Of a DNA stretch of 64,000 bases, positions 25,474 to 39,245 are shown piece after piece. The notes under the pieces are model-generated. The model saw only the letters and a list, made by a program, of their open reading frames with translations. It searched no databases and was not told the DNA's origin. Within the stretch, counting starts at the first letter, position 1. Every line of letters starts with the position of its first letter. The translations under genes were made by a program, and so were the position numbers. This stretch comes from Octopus vulgaris (lineage: Eukaryota). The DNA lies in assembly GCA_951406725.2 (NCBI GenBank), contig OX597823.1, forward strand, positions 113,522,001 through 113,586,000, given 5' to 3'.

Positions 25474-25872
25474 ACTCTTTACTCTTTTACTCCTTTACTT
25501 GTTTCAGTCATTTCACTGCGGCCATGCTGGAGCACCGCCTTTAATCGAGCCACTCGACCCCGGGACTTATTCTTTTGTAAGCCCAGTACTCATTCTATCG
25601 GCCTCTTTTGCCGAACCGCTAAGTGACGGGGACGTAAACAAGCAATGCTAGGGGGACAAACACAAACACACAAACATACACGCACACACATATATATATA
25701 CATATATACGACGGGCTTCTTTCAGTTTCCGTCTACCAAATCCACTCACAAGGCATTGGTCGGCCCGGGGCTATAGCAGAAGACACTTGCCCAAGGTGCC
25801 ACGCAGTGGGACTGAACCCGGAACCCTGTGGTTGGTTAGCAAGCTACTTACCACACAGCCACTCCTGCGCCT
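25474..25872 (-). mobile_element. Full-length SINE family A
   Basis: Near identical to the 21121 copy. Confidence 0.9.
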
Positions 25873-25977
25873 ATGCTAATTTATATTTATAATCTACGAT
25901 TTTTCAACTCGTAATTTTTAATTTAACGCTTGATTATTATGATGATTTAAAATAGCTGAACAATATTATGAAAAATG

Positions 25978-26057
25978 AACCTGAAGATGTGTTGGTAGAA
26001 TTATAAACATGATCATTACATGTATTCAGCTCTTCCAATACAGAAACACGTGTAGTT
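25978..26057 (+). ncRNA. Type I hammerhead ribozyme candidate (long stem II)
   Basis: AAC-CUGAAGA-UGUGUUGG...CCAAUACA-GAAA-CACGUG-UA-GUU, with palindromic stem III ACACGUGU. Confidence 0.65.
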
Positions 26058-26899
26058 ACTTTCTAATTATAATTTAACTTAATTAAGATAGTATATTTTA
26101 TACCCTGCTATTGTACTGGTTTTATCCTCAAGTATTATTTCTTGATGTGCATATGAATACCACGAATTTTCCATCATAAATATACGTTATATGAATTTGC
26201 ATTATTTGAAATTGTATGCCCACAAATATGTTGACTGAAATCCCAATAATTGAACTATCCTAATATAATATATATTAGAATAGTTCAGTAAATCACAGAA
26301 TGACCACTATATATATATATATATATATATACATATTGAATGAGTTTAAAGAGAATTAGATATTCAAGCGTTTGCACGGGATCGTATAAGATGGGGGAGG
26401 GACAAGCATGAGAATAATTTTTTTAAGTTCTGACAATTTGGGGTATTCTGGTAGTTGACCATAATATTTAAGATTACCCTTGTTATTATTATATTTAATA
26501 TGGTGTTATGGTAGAATATTAACGATATTTAACCACCATTCTATTGATAGTATTGTTACTTTTACTCTTACTGTTGATGCTACACTATATTGAATCAGTC
26601 TATTACTCTCTCCTCATTAATCTCTAAAATATTCGTGCATATGAAAGGCTGTATGAATGCACATGGACCGACCGGAAGTCGTAACGGGAAGTGTTTCCTT
26701 CTTGGCTGTCCTTTTTCACGGTTCCTTATACTCAATTCTTCATCCCTTTATTCTATTCTGCTTCAATAATCTAACAATAATTCTGAGAGTAAAATGCAAG
26801 TGAGAATGAAGAAACACTAAAGAAGATTCTCCTACTGGAAAAGCAAAATAGTACATCTCTATATTTTATCAATAATATATATGTCAGTGTATGTATGTT

Positions 26900-26954
<55 letters not shown>

Positions 26955-27654
26955 ACAAACACACGCACACATATATATTATGGGAGGAGCCGTTGATTTT
27001 CATCCCTCACATATTTGCTTTCTCATTGCTAATGCTTTTTCCGTTATACATTGCACTTGATATTCGAGGCTTCGATGAAGCTATAACGCGTTACTCATGC
27101 AATGGAACAAATCGCAATAGAGGGTATTAAAACGTTCAGACAGATGGACGACACAGAGGCGGACAAGAGAAACAAGAAATTGAAGGACAGGCAAAAATGA
27201 AGGGTCATTCTTCGCTTTTTTTCTTGAGAAAAGTACCAGCATTCACGATCATTTCGGACATTAACACTCGAGATGGTTTGATCTAAGCTAAGACCGTTAG
27301 ACCCCTTTGTAAGAAAGCTAGCGAATGTGTACGACAACAAAGAAAAACAAACAAGCAAAAAACGGAGAACATGGTATAGAATTACGAATACAAGAAACAA
27401 GAAATAACAACAGGCGTCTTTTGACTGAGAACGATTGAAATTGAGCTGGCATAGAGTGAAAGCCTAAAGGTAGGAACATAGGAGATGGACTCAAGACATG
27501 TTGACGGTCGGCAGTCAGGCCAAGAAAGAAATATCATAGCTGGCCGGACACCGGTCACGTGGAAAGATGTGAAATGGGTAGGGGTCAGTGGGTTCGAAGG
27601 ATTAGAAAAAAATCAGACAAAGGGAAAGATGCAGAGGAGATATATATGTTTATA

Positions 27655-28037
27655 GGCGCAGGTGTGGCTGTGTGATAAGAAACTTCCTTTCAAAACATAT
27701 GATTCCGCCTTCAGTCCCACTGCGTGTCACCTTGGCAAAGTGCCTTCTGCTATAGCTTCAGGCCAACCAAAGAATTTTGAGTGGATTTGGCAGACGGGAA
27801 CTGAAAGAAGGCCGTCGTATATATGTATATATATATGTTAGTGTGTGTGTCTGTGTTTGTCCCCATCTTTGATCAATTTGACAAATGATGTTAGTGTGTT
27901 TACGTCCCTGTAGCTTAACGATTCGGCAAAAGAATAAGTACTAGGTTTGCAAAGAATAAGTCCTGGGGTCGATTTGTTCGACTAAAGGCGCTGCTACAGC
28001 ATGGCCGCAGTCAAATGACTGAAACGAGTAAAAGAAT
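27655..28037 (+). mobile_element. SINE family A (diverged)
   Basis: Head 'ggcgcaggtgtggctgtgtg' through tail 'gcatggccgcagtcaaatgactgaaacgagtaaaagaat'. Confidence 0.85.
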
Positions 28038-29299
28038 AATAGGATGAATATATATACATACACTCACACAGAGAAAGTGGGATGCATAGAAATATTGTAA
28101 TATATATGTCTTTACATCTATACAGATATACACGTTCATTTACATAACTTAAAACATTTTGCATGCTATGTTTTCCTTTGTTCCACTTTTCCTTGTATCT
28201 GGGGAAAATAGTCAGCATTCCTGAAACTGAATCTAGGCTTCAAACATTTTTATGAAACGTGCTACGTGTCTTATAAGGATATCTTGATATAATGAGCAGC
28301 AAAGTGTGGGGGCAATTTTTTACTCATAATTACATGTTATTTTTCTAGTATTCAAAGTTGATTCCTTCTATCTGATGTCTATACTATTACCATTGCTTCA
28401 TTTTTGCGCTTCTTGTAATCTTACTATTGATTCCCTACAGAAATACATTCTCTTCTCTTTTTAATGTGTGTGCGACAGCAACCGTCCTCTAATTATAACT
28501 ACGATATATATATTTTCCGATAATATTCCAATAATTCTAATATCTCAATAACATCCTGGTGATTTTTCGATAATTTAATAGTTCCTATCGTTTTATATAT
28601 TTGTATAACAAAAATATAATACATAAAAAAGTACGTTTTACAAGGCACGTGCAACATCTAAAGTGACAAAGATAGCAGGAATAGCTAGAACATTATTAAT
28701 ACACTGCAGCTTTACTATGATATTACTAATAATATTAATAAAATATTAATAAAATATATACCTTTGTTTCGTTTTTTCTTTTTCTTATTTTTGTAAAATT
28801 ACTGCGGAAAAATATCAAATAAAATAGTTTTTAAAAAATCAAAGAATATAAATAAATCTGACAAAGTAAGAAAAGATTGGTAAACATTGATATTTAAGGA
28901 ACGAGATTAACAACAACGTAAAAGAAGTATCTGTCATTAATAACAGTAGCATCACAACTAAATATTTTACCAGTGAAGAACCAGGCTGATGGACGAAATT
29001 AATATAGCCACAAACAACTTACAGCCTGTTGGTGGATTGACAAAATATTGAATTTCACAATAGGAATATTGTTGACACAATTCCACTGAAGCAGAGGCCG
29101 ATATTTATTATGAGAACACATGAAAGCGATTGGTTGAGATCTACACCTTCCATACACACACATTACTCTCCGTTCACTGAGCCAGTCTGAACACATGAAG
29201 CGTTAAATTGCTACAAACAGCATCCGGACATCAAGTATATCAAGCGCCTCTAGCGATAAACCATGTATAGCAAAGAAAGAAAGATAAATAGAATAAAAC

Positions 29300-29353
<54 letters not shown>

Positions 29354-30319
29354 GAAACGCAAAAACTAAATATGATGAAAGCGCGAATCTACTAGTTGCG
29401 ACTTGTGACCTCAACCATAGTATTTCAGAGAGTCAATATCTCTATACTATCGTTTTACTTAATTGTAAACGAACGAAGCGCATCGATGTGTAGAGGTATT
29501 GAACAAATGATACGCGAGCTCAGAAGTAAGGTAGAAGAGGGCGTAGCAAATATATAAAGCAAACAAAAACATTCAACATCTCTTACATATGCTACTGGGA
29601 AAATGATGAAAAAGAAATTGATGGGGAGTATTTAGTTTCGCTAAAGTGAAGTTGCCATACTAAATTCTGATTAGAAATATAGATTTCAAAACGTATAAGG
29701 TCTCGCAAGATTATTTCTATTTTCAACATAGTTTTACACAATTCTTAGCTAAGATATGCATGGCTGCGTATTGATAATTATAATTATAACTCAGGCACCA
29801 GTTTTATGTAAATGAATCGCTGTGTGATTCAACCAATATTCACACATATATACACATTCTTACTGCACATTAACATACTCACATGACCATGCGCACAGTA
29901 AAGTTATTAGATTCAAATGTATCTATGCACATACGTATGTATATGTGTCTGTGAGCATACTCACACACACACACATACTATATAGATGTGTCTGTTTATA
30001 CACGTGTATGTTTATATCAATATTCGTATACAGTGGTATAGAGAAATACACGAAGCTGCACCAGACATAAGCTTTTTGCCTATTTACCTATGTGCATAGC
30101 TTTCCATCCATACAAGCTGACTCAATGTTGCAGACTGCAATAGATTTACCAATTATATGCACATGCAGATGCACACATATATATTCTCGAAATCTACATT
30201 GGCTTTCAACACTGAACTTTGATCTCATGAAATCTTTCTATCTGCCTGACGGTCTGTTTCTCTATCTTCCTATTTATCTCTCTGTCGATCTATCCATCAA
30301 ACTATTTATACATCAATAT

Positions 30320-30399
<80 letters not shown>

Positions 30400-30401
<2 letters not shown>

Positions 30402-30579
30402 ATTCACGAAAAAACTAAAGATGAAGATAGGTGGTGTAGAAAACAAACATATGTATTAGTATAACGCCCGGGAATTGAAAGTCTTTAACGTTTCGAGCTT
30501 ACGCACTTCTACAGAAAGGAACACAGAAAGAAACAAGGAGAGAAAAATGTGTGTAGTGGCTACCGAATTATCATGCCGA

Positions 30580-30580
<1 letters not shown>
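30400..30580 (-). repeat. pLTR-like family E copy (hammerhead-like motif at 30483-30518)
   Basis: Homologous to the 18347 copy; abuts (TA)n(GA)n. Confidence 0.6.
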
Positions 30581-30653
<73 letters not shown>

Positions 30654-30654
30654 A

Positions 30655-30710
<56 letters not shown>

Positions 30711-30842
30711 TATACAAAGGAACTGGGAGAGAGCTCAGGGGAAAACTCATTCTCCTATATTTACTCTCCCAGCAAATGCAACTAACAAGCTACGTACAAT
30801 ATGGATGGATGGAGGGATATGTCTGTGTGTGTATATATATTG

Positions 30843-31130
30843 TCTTTCACTTGCTTCAGTCATTTGACTGCGACGAGGCTGGGTCACCATCTTCAAAGGT
30901 TTTTGTCGAACAAATCGACTCCAGGATTTATGTTTTAAGCTTATTAATTATTCTATCAATTCCCTTTTGCCGAACCGCTAATGTTATGGGGACGCAAACA
31001 CACCACCATCGGTTGCGAAACGGTGGTGGGATACAAGCATGGACACGAAGATACACACATAGATATATTTTAATTTCCATCTAACACATCCACTCGGGAT
31101 GCTTTGATGGATCCGAGGCTGTAGTAGGAG
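30843..31130 (-). mobile_element. Degenerate SINE family A
   Basis: 'ttcagtcatttgactgcg...ttttgccgaaccgctaa...catcggttg'. Confidence 0.7.
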
Positions 31131-31210
31131 AAATTACCGGTTGAATGAGCTTCATTAAATTCTTCATTCTTCTCACTCATATTTGTTTTTTAACCCATTT
31201 TTATCCCCAA

Positions 31211-31602
31211 CTAGCAGTATCGCCCGGCGTTGCTTGGGTTTGTAAGGGAAATAACTATATAAGCATTTTAAGAGAGTTTTAGCCAAAAAATAGCAAAAAA
31301 ATGCATTAAAAATGGAAAAAAAATGATGGTAAACTTTTTTTAAATCGTTGACTCATCGTAGACATTTTTAGAGAGTTACTTCCCTTATATAATAGCAAAA
31401 AATGCATTAAAATGGAAAAAAATGATGGTAATTCTTTTTTAATCGTAGACTCATCGTAGACGCGCGCTAATACCCAGAAGCGCTCGATATGAATCACGAC
31501 TATACGATACCCGGTTTTGGTTAAACTGCACCGCAAAATGTGGTAGTAGTTAGGAATCTAAATCGTAGGAGGCAGACACAACTTGACTTTTATATATAAA
31601 GA
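31211..31602 (-). mobile_element. Complete non-autonomous Helitron
   Basis: Minus strand runs 5' A|TCTTTATATATAAAAG ... hairpin ... CTAG|T 3', with no TSD and insertion between A and T. Confidence 0.8.
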
Positions 31603-32029
31603 TTTCTTACTGCATTTATATTCTCCGCAGGTGCTGTTGTTAATATTTTCCAATTTATATTATAGTTAATTCCCCTATCCTTAAGTTCCCATATATAGCT
31701 ACTTAACCCTGTAGAATTTCTACTATTTCTGTTTTAAATTGTATAGTTATGGTAATTCAGTCTCTGTTTCATATTGTTTTATGTCACACCCACATATACT
31801 TTGCTGTCATATTGTGTAGTCGATACACATTGATATACTACCTCCGTTCTAATGTAAGTATTATTAAATGCACTATTATTTCTTATTCTTCAACCACTTG
31901 TTCTGTGTGGCTGTGTTGGGTTTATGTTATTGGGGTTTACTGTCATTACATTATTAGTTCTGTGGCTATTGTTAATCCGAATAGCATTATCATTGCTTAT
32001 ACTATTATGATCTTTAATGTTAGTATTAA

Positions 32030-32180
32030 TGACGGGCTTCTTTCAGTTTCCGTCTACCAAATCCAATCACAAAGCTTTGGTCGGCCCGAGGCTATAGTAG
32101 AAGACACTTGCTCAAGATGCTACGCTGTGGGACTGAGCCCAGAACCATGTGGTTCGAAAGCAAGACACTCCTGCTCCAAC
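32030..32180 (-). mobile_element. 5' fragment of SINE family A
   Basis: 'gacgggcttctttcagtttccgtctaccaaatcc...gggactgagcccagaaccatgtggtt'. Confidence 0.75.
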
Positions 32181-34723
32181 GCATATTTATATTATATTTA
32201 TATATATTGATATTACTGCTTTGAGTTTTTTCGAGAATACCTACCCCTTTCTTTAATGGCTTCCTCCATCGGTGGTGATCACTTGCATTACTTTCTCATT
32301 TGAACTCCCATATTTAACATTACTTTATCGCTGCTCGAAAACGCACCGGACAAGTGTAGTGGATAGAGGAAGCTTACTCTGCAATATCTTCCAACATGTA
32401 GCTGCAGTTCAGCTTTCTTAAAAAATACTTTGTTTTCTTGTTCTTTGGAAATATTCAAAATTGTATTCGTAAATTAACATTGTGTCATAAGGTTTAAGAT
32501 TCATGTGAAGTAATGAATTTATTTAGCACATTTTGTAGTAAAGTAATATAGTTTATAGTTTTAGTAACATGATGGTTAAAGTTCATCTAGGATAATCGCG
32601 ATATTGTGGAGAGCAACAAAGAGTACTAGCCATTTTCGAAGTTTCTGTACTTAATAAAGTCTACAACACGGAAATATAAGGTAATACAAAAAAATAAACA
32701 AAAAAAGAAAAAAAGAATTCATATTATTTCATAAATGCTGTCGGTGAATTGCATATATATTTCTATTTAAAGGAATATTTCATTTCCTTTCGACGTATAT
32801 TACCCACAAAAGAGAAAAAAACATGTTAAAATATATTTTAAAACGGAACCATAATATATTATTAAAATGCTAAAATAGAGATTTTCCAGAAATAGGAAAC
32901 TGGTGAATAAATACACATGTGAAGTAAGACAAATTCTGAGAAAATGCTTCAAGGATCCAACGTGTTAACAGCATTACTTTGGATTGTGATCATTGCGCTG
33001 TAGGATAATATAAAAGAACGCATTTAATACGCTGTAAAGATGTATTGTATAGTGACAGGGGTTGCATCAAAGTATCAAGTTTCTAAGACAAAACATGTTT
33101 GGCTTAATCAGATATTGATTAAGCGCAGTTATAATTTGTATGGCTGCATAACTACTAAAAAGTATTTTCATTATTTGAGGTGTGATTCTAACGTGCTTTC
33201 GTTTTTGTTTTTTTTTCAGTCCCGCTTATTTCTTATATCTATGTGTGTAGAGGCGAGCATAAACATGGGATTATATTTGCTTGCTGGGAAGGAATTCCGA
33301 TACGACCGGACTGTTTGGTGATGTTCTGGTATACATATTGAGGTTTTCTTTTTATGCTTTAACTTTCTCAGGGTGTAGAAAAGGCGTTACATCAAAATTT
33401 CAGTTAGCTTTATATGGTAAATAAAAGAGCATTCATTGATTATCACACATGCTGGAAGTCCCTGGTTCGGTCAAGGCTGAGAGAGAACACTTTTGAACCA
33501 TTCACACAATTATGACACTTACCTAAACTCCAAATGTGAATTTGCTTATATGCTAGGAAAAGTGGTAATAAATTTTGATCGAAAGGGAACTATATACGCA
33601 GCCTCCATATTTCATCCGGAAAAAAATAAGCCTACCATTTTCACTTTTTCTTTCCTCCTCCGAATATGTTTCATTCCATACATTTGCCAACAAGCCACCC
33701 ACGCTAAGAAGGGTAGTTGCTATCGGCCAGCATGTCGGTAACCGACGGCAGCATTCTGTTCAGTTATATTGCTTGACGTTATATCCATGTATATGAGTGT
33801 ATATATGTACACGTGTGTATGTGCACGCGCGCGTGTGCCTGTGTGCATTTACACATGTAGATGTATACATACATAGATACATAAATGTGTTTGAGCAACA
33901 AGTCGCTGGTACATTGAGGAACGCACCTTAACGATTTTAGGTGGTGTACAGTCTACTTATGTGGGAAAAGGAAAATCTAACCAGTAACAATATACATATG
34001 CTCTCATAATAGGAAAAAACCCCAACAGTTATGGAAAATGCTGTCATGAATGCTTGTGCAGAATGAAAATGACTGCATACTTTATCAGATGCACATAACT
34101 GTTGTGGATGCAGGTCATATTACCTCTTCTGAGTTCAGTGATACAACATAAAAATTGCACTTATGCATGCGAATCGAGATTTCACTAAGCTGAAATAAAA
34201 GAACACTGAATGGAAAAAGCTGGAGCATTCTGTAACTCAAGTGCATAAAATTCTTTTTATATTCGTCACGGCTAGCAACATGAAATGCAGTTCTGAATAG
34301 GGCAGGGCATGTACATGGGCATATCAATATCTATGCATGTCTGACTGGATGTATGTATGTATGCAAATTGCTATTGGAACACCGGTAACCACTCAGAAAC
34401 CTAAAGTCTCTGAGTATCACGTAAGGCTAGATATGGGAGCGATGACCTCCCTTGCAAATTGCTATACGGACACAAAATGTGTGTTGATAGCCAGCTAGAA
34501 AAGATCTTTTACTGGGACTAAAACAACAGCAACATCGTCCTTTATAGGATTGCCACACACTGTTGGCAAATAAACATTACTATTCGGTACTGTTACTGTA
34601 TACATGCCCCTCAGAGATTTAAAGAGATTTGAAACAAATTGTTTCTCTTTCCTTCTCTTTCTCTCTGCCTCTTTCTGTCTCTCTCCCTCTCTCTCTGTAT
34701 GTATATTTATATTTATGTATCTA

Positions 34724-34816
<93 letters not shown>

Positions 34817-34817
34817 C

Positions 34818-34933
34818 TGTAAAATAATATGTGAAAATTATTCGGTAGCCAAGATAAAACTCTGAGTTTCGTATGCCGAAATAAGTCAGACTTTTATCTT
34901 GGCTACCGAATAATTGTCACATATTATTTTACA
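34818..34933. repeat. Near-perfect hairpin/palindrome (~50-bp arms) between (TA)n tracts
   Basis: tgtaaaataatatgtgaaaattattcggtagccaagataaaactctga / tcagacttttatcttggctaccgaataattgtcacatattattttaca. Confidence 0.85.
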
Positions 34934-36297
34934 TATAAATTTCCTCTATTTACATAAAATTGAGGTCTCTTTCCATCTTTTGTTATCTTACCGTTTTTAC
35001 CAATATATATATATATATATATATATGCACAAATATTTATTTATACAGATATGCATATGAGCACATGTATGATGTGTAGTTATGTAAGTGTTTATAGTAT
35101 ATATATTTTTTTAGGCGTGCATACACACACACATACATATCTATTCTGTGTTCGAGGGAAAAGAACCCTTCTTTCGGTATTTCGATTCTTCCTGAGAACT
35201 TCATCTAAGTTTCACTTTCAACAACCTCAAGACGTGGAAAATTTCATTCAATTATATTTGCATAGCCAAATAACAAATTCTTTATCATGTGCCACTAGAA
35301 ATATTTCGTGTTAACATTTCGGCTACTAGGAATTTCAAATCGTCGTGTGAATAGGACACGAAAAGCAGCAAACAGCAACACGAGATCGTACTAATGAATT
35401 AACATAAGTGTGTCGCGCATTGCTATTGTACTGTGTATATCCGTGCTAGCCAATGTGTTTGTATGTGTATGCCATTGAATATCTGCGAATAAAGTCAGAT
35501 TGTATTAATTAGGTGAACTTCTATCAATATTGATTGTTTTATTCCTCTCAACTGCAATTTCCGATAGATTGATGAAATCGCGTAAGAAGTAAATTCCGAT
35601 TTGAAGAGAGCTCTAATTGTTATGTAAATGTCTTGTACTTTAGAATATTAAAATAGTCTCTGGCAAAAATGTCCTTAATTAAATTTTCCCTTTATTCAAC
35701 TGTACAAATGTTAACAGCCCAATATCACCAAGTTACAAGACTATGGCGAAATTGTCACTGAAATCACATTTGAATAGTTACATTCAGACCAAGTTAGTAA
35801 TTGGGTAATTTCCTTTTGCGAATACGTAATGAAGTAGAATTTAAATAAGGACCGATAATCATGTTTTGTTTTATTGTACGCAATGTTCAATTTCTTGAAA
35901 ATAAAATTTGCTTTCGACGTAAGGTTGAACATAAGGGAAGGTGACTTTATTTGAGATTCACTGATTGCAATTAGTGACTTTGTCTTCTTCTCTTTATCTA
36001 GTTTTATTTTTCTATGAATTGAGATAATAAAATCAGTGTTTTCCACATTTCTGCACATTTATCATCACATTGTAAGCCTACCATACAGGTAACTAATTTT
36101 ACACATCTGCATATAAGTATATTTACATATATAACCTCGCATACATGCACATACGCACACGTACGTATGCATGCAGAGATTACATCCCACAATCACACAT
36201 ATATAAATATTCACTCGCATACACACTTACATTATTTACACGCAAACACACGCCTGCTAGCATATATTTATATACATATATTTAAAACACACCTGCC

Positions 36298-36347
<50 letters not shown>

Positions 36348-36386
36348 ATATATATATATATATATATATGTATGATTGTATGTATG

Positions 36387-36424
<38 letters not shown>

Positions 36425-38003
36425 TAAAGACATATACATATAGCTACGTTCATTTAAATACATACATATTTATATACAGACAGACAACACACTGACACAC
36501 AGACGCACACGCAGACACATACACACATATACATATATATTCATGTATCATATATTTATATAGGTAAATCTATGAAAGCACACACAAATGCTCATGTGAG
36601 AGTGTATTAGTTGAATTCAACTTACTACGACTGCTTTATTCCCTATAATCATTTGGGCAGGTGCTGTTAGAAGGAAATTGGTTCGTTTCTTTAGTCTGTA
36701 TGTTAAGGCTAATAGCATATTAACGCATTAGATAGCACCTGTGTAAGGATTGCAGGTTTATCTTTTCGCACACCATCAGTACAGAGATAGTGATGCCTTT
36801 AGGAAATGAATTGATTACAATATTCTGCCAAAGTTTGAAAACGTGGTAAAATGCGCAATAGCAAAATTTCTTGACAACACGCTTGACATACGAGTTACAT
36901 CCCCGTAGCCCTGTAGCAAACCACACAACAACTCCGCATGCCATGGCAAAGAATCTCATAACTATCCACATATCATCTAAAATATACTTTTGACAGTCAG
37001 CAAGGAGATTTGAGGATAATCAAGCGATGGCGTAACTTTGAGCAAAATCTTATAAAAACCAAGTGTTAACAGTTAACTCACTTCAATAACTTATGAAGTG
37101 TTTCCTTAATGATAATCAGAATCTTCCAGAAAATGCTTGCAGCAAAAATCTTTTTATGGCTTCATAGTTTAACTTATCTTACAGTAGTAAAAAGCAAAAC
37201 GTACTTAGAAAAATATTCCATCAGGTGAAAAAAGTGTTTTATGAAGGGTTTTAGCTTTCTTTAAAAAAAAACAGCGTAACAGAGCTAGAATGACATGAAG
37301 AGCTAGATGTGCAAACCATAGAAGAAAGATGGTAACTGACACATAATTTCAAATCATGGACCATATATTAGATGGATATCAATATGTATACATAGAGATG
37401 TATTCTTGTATAAATATTTATATAAACACACACACACGCGCATTTCGATCTGCTTTCATCTACACTGCAATGACATTAATATAATAATAGCAATACACTA
37501 ATATAACTGTAAATGATGACATACTTATTGTAAATCTAGTTCATCAATGTTAGAACACAATTATATTTTCATATGATATCCGATGAGCTTAAATAATTTT
37601 GCGATTCTGCTATTGTGTGTTGCGGCGCTTGGCGATTTTTTGTTGGTAAAGTATCAGTCCTGACTGACCAACATTTCATTTTCTACATAATCAATATTAT
37701 ACAGTTCTATTCTTTTACTACCTCCAGTTCACTGAATGTGCCAATGCATTTTTACCAAATATAAGAAGAGCACCCCAACTCAATGACGGCATTCCATCTC
37801 TGGGCAGCGAGCGTTTCTTCAAATCTCCTCAAATTTTCGAGAAAATTGTTGTAGATGTCAGATAACAGTTTTACAGATACAGATATGATGTTTGAATAAA
37901 AGGTTACTGAAATGTATGCAGCCATAAGCCATATGTCAATTGCATGATGGGATAACCAGTTACTAAATGGAAACTACGATAATAACATAATACTGATTAA
38001 CCC

Positions 38004-38097
<94 letters not shown>

Positions 38098-38209
38098 TAG
38101 ATATATATAAGTAAATAAATGTTTTTTTTTAAATACTTAATAACGTTCTGTTTATCCTTTAGGCAGTCATCGTAATTGTTATAATGTCATGTTGTTGAGA
38201 TAGGCTCTC

Positions 38210-38300
38210 TTTCTTTCCTGATGAGAAGATTGCATTTTACACCGTTTATTCCTTTGGAATAAAACCATGTTGTCTTCGAAACATATGCCGTATGAAAAGA
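38210..38300 (+). ncRNA. Degenerate type I hammerhead
   Basis: CUGAUGA-GAAGA...UCUUC-GAAA-CAUAUG-CC. The cleavage triplet has lost its U and stem I is decayed. Confidence 0.45.
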
Positions 38301-38497
38301 ATTTTAATAACATCTTCGTTCAACTCCACTTATTTACTTATACTACACAAATTACTACACATTAACCCGGAGTTTCTACCTTGAATAGGTCGCTTCATCC
38401 GTATTATTTGCGTGAATTTTGCTACCCTGGTAACTGTTTATTGAATTTTCCATGTTAACGGTAAACAAAGGATAATTCATGCATCCATTTAAATATT

Positions 38498-38547
<50 letters not shown>

Positions 38548-38563
38548 CACACACACACACACA

Positions 38564-38597
<34 letters not shown>

Positions 38598-38820
38598 TAG
38601 ATATATTTATATATATACATACATATATATATATAGTTAATCCAAACATGAAGAAAGAGAAAACACAACAACGCGAGAAAGTGGAGCAAGCATAGTCTTA
38701 TTGGACGCTCAGGAAAGGAAAGAAAGAAGGAGGATTTGACGTTTGGAGCGGATGAAAAAGGAAAGGTCCAAGGAAGGGAAGACGGAGAAAGAAAATTGCC
38801 AACGATACACACACGCTCAC

Positions 38821-38855
<35 letters not shown>

Positions 38856-38889
38856 CTCTCCATTTTTTTCTCTCCATATTTTCTCTCAT

Positions 38890-39067
38890 TTTTTCTCTCA
38901 TTTTTTACTCTCATTTTTTTTCCTCCTTATTTTTTTCTGTGTTCCTTTCTGCGGAGGAGCGTAAGCTCGAAACGTAAAAGACGTTTTCAATTCCCGAGCT
39001 TTATACTAATACATTTGTTTGTTTTTTACATCACGTATCTTCGTCTTGTAATTTTTTCGTGAATTCT

Positions 39068-39070
<3 letters not shown>
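38890..39070 (+). repeat. pLTR-like family E copy (hammerhead-like motif at 38945-38980)
   Basis: cttt-ctgcgga-g-gagcgtaagctc-gaaa-cgta-aaag; the 3' end abuts (TA)n. Confidence 0.6.
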
Positions 39071-39115
<45 letters not shown>

Positions 39116-39194
39116 GCAGTGCTTCAAAATGGCCACAATGTTTGGGCTGAGACATATAAAAGAATAAAAGAATATATATGTATATCTATTTCTC

Positions 39195-39245
<51 letters not shown>

